Assembly: GCA_964016885.1 (NCBI GenBank)
Contig: OZ024740.1
Coordinates: 386,012,001 to 386,076,000, forward strand
DNA from: Eledone cirrhosa
Taxonomy: Eukaryota
Length of the DNA: 64,000 bases
Reading direction: 5' to 3'
Shown here piece after piece: positions 62,878 through 64,000 of this stretch; position 1 is the first letter of the stretch; each line of letters begins with the position of its first letter. Under the pieces are notes generated by a model. The model had not been told where the DNA came from. It did not search any database and saw nothing but the letters and a program-made list of their open reading frames with translations. A program made the translations under genes and the position numbers.

Positions 62878-62943
62878 TATTTCATTATATATATTTCGGG
62901 GATATCATATTAACAATATGCTATGCCTTCATCAGACAAAATA
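62878..62943 (-). ncRNA. Minimal type I hammerhead ribozyme
   Basis: tattttgt CTGATGA agg..catatt/aatatg..ccc GAAA tatata TA atgaaata; stem I changes keep pairing through G.U. Confidence 0.7.
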
Positions 62944-63303
62944 CAATATAAACAGTTTTATAGATAAATATATTCGACATACCGTAATAAACATCAACTT
63001 CATTTGAAGAGGTTTACGCTAGCAGTGAAAATACAGAGAGAAAGAAAGAGAGAAAGAAAAGAGGGAAAAACGAAAGAAAGAAAGACAAAACGAAGAAAAG
63101 GAAGAAAGAGAAGAAAAAGAAAAAGAAGAAATGCATGGAACAAAATAGAGAGATGGAAAAATAGATAAAGTGAAGAGCTTCATGTAAAGAGACAGAAAGA
63201 TATATATATATAGAGAGAGAGAGGAAATAGAGATAGATACATATATATATATAGAAAATTAGGTAGTGGGAGGTCATTTTGAGTAAGTGTATCAATGATA
63301 CAT

Positions 63304-63334
<31 letters not shown>

Positions 63335-63839
63335 GCTCAAGTATTAATGTAAGGGAGATATATAGAGAGATATAGAGAGATATATAGAGAGAAAAAAATT
63401 TAAAAATATCCAGACATATTCGAGGCGTAGAAAACCCTATGTTTTAATGTATTAGTATTTATAAAACTTACACTACACTGTAAATATCAGTATTCCTGAA
63501 TGAAACAAGTATTCACAATGTGTGAAAATTCATTATCTTATGTTTAGTTTTAAAAATTCATATGTCTATGTGACAGCTACAAATCTCAATGTGAATCCAA
63601 CTGATTCACTCCGCAAACTCTAAGTTATCGGAAAACATTCTCAATGTGGTATAAAAATTTGAGCGTATTATTATTCTTGCGATTACTCTACAAGATTATC
63701 TATCAAGCAGAAATAGAGAGCAGATTTCAATATACTAATCGAAAATATATATTATATTATAAACAAAGATAACAATAATAATAATAATAAGTAAAAATAT
63801 ATAAAAATATAGAATAGAAAACTAAAAAAATATTCCGAA

Positions 63840-64000
63840 AGAATATTACATAATAAAAATATTGCATATTAAAAATACTACATATTAAAAAATATTACGT
63901 ATTAAAGATTTACATATAAAAATTTACATATAAAAATATACATATAAAAATTTACATATAAAAATTTACATATAAAAATATATAAAAATATTAAAAAAAT
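63840..64000. repeat. AT-rich tandem repeat (aaaaatttacatat-like)
   Basis: Read directly. Confidence 0.8.

Overview
AT-rich, microsatellite-dense animal genomic DNA; SINE and repeat content suggest a coleoid cephalopod, probably octopus (inference). The only host gene found is the 3' end of a Sidekick-family adhesion gene: three + strand exons (819-957, 2472-2595, 7019-7282) ending in GFSSFV. About 8.8-23 kb is mostly degenerate (TA)n arrays with a 200-N gap, and the many IYIY/CVCV ORFs are artefacts of these repeats. The rest is a mosaic of mobile elements: two RTE-type LINE families, a Tx1/L1 LINE, a CRE-like endonuclease fragment, a DD37D Tc1/mariner, a complete but decayed Gypsy LTR element, two non-autonomous Helitrons and SINEs. 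The most notable signal is about 16 type I hammerhead-ribozyme-like motifs between 28 and 63 kb, most in or beside foldback (inverted-repeat) elements that end at (TA)n tracts. One is physically linked to a Penelope-like GIY-YIG remnant. Several apparently unrelated families carry a non-canonical core (CCGANGA or CAGAAGA instead of CUGANGA) together with a mismatch at the base of stem II, and several foldback centres map onto the ribozyme itself. All structures were read by eye; none has been folded computationally or tested.
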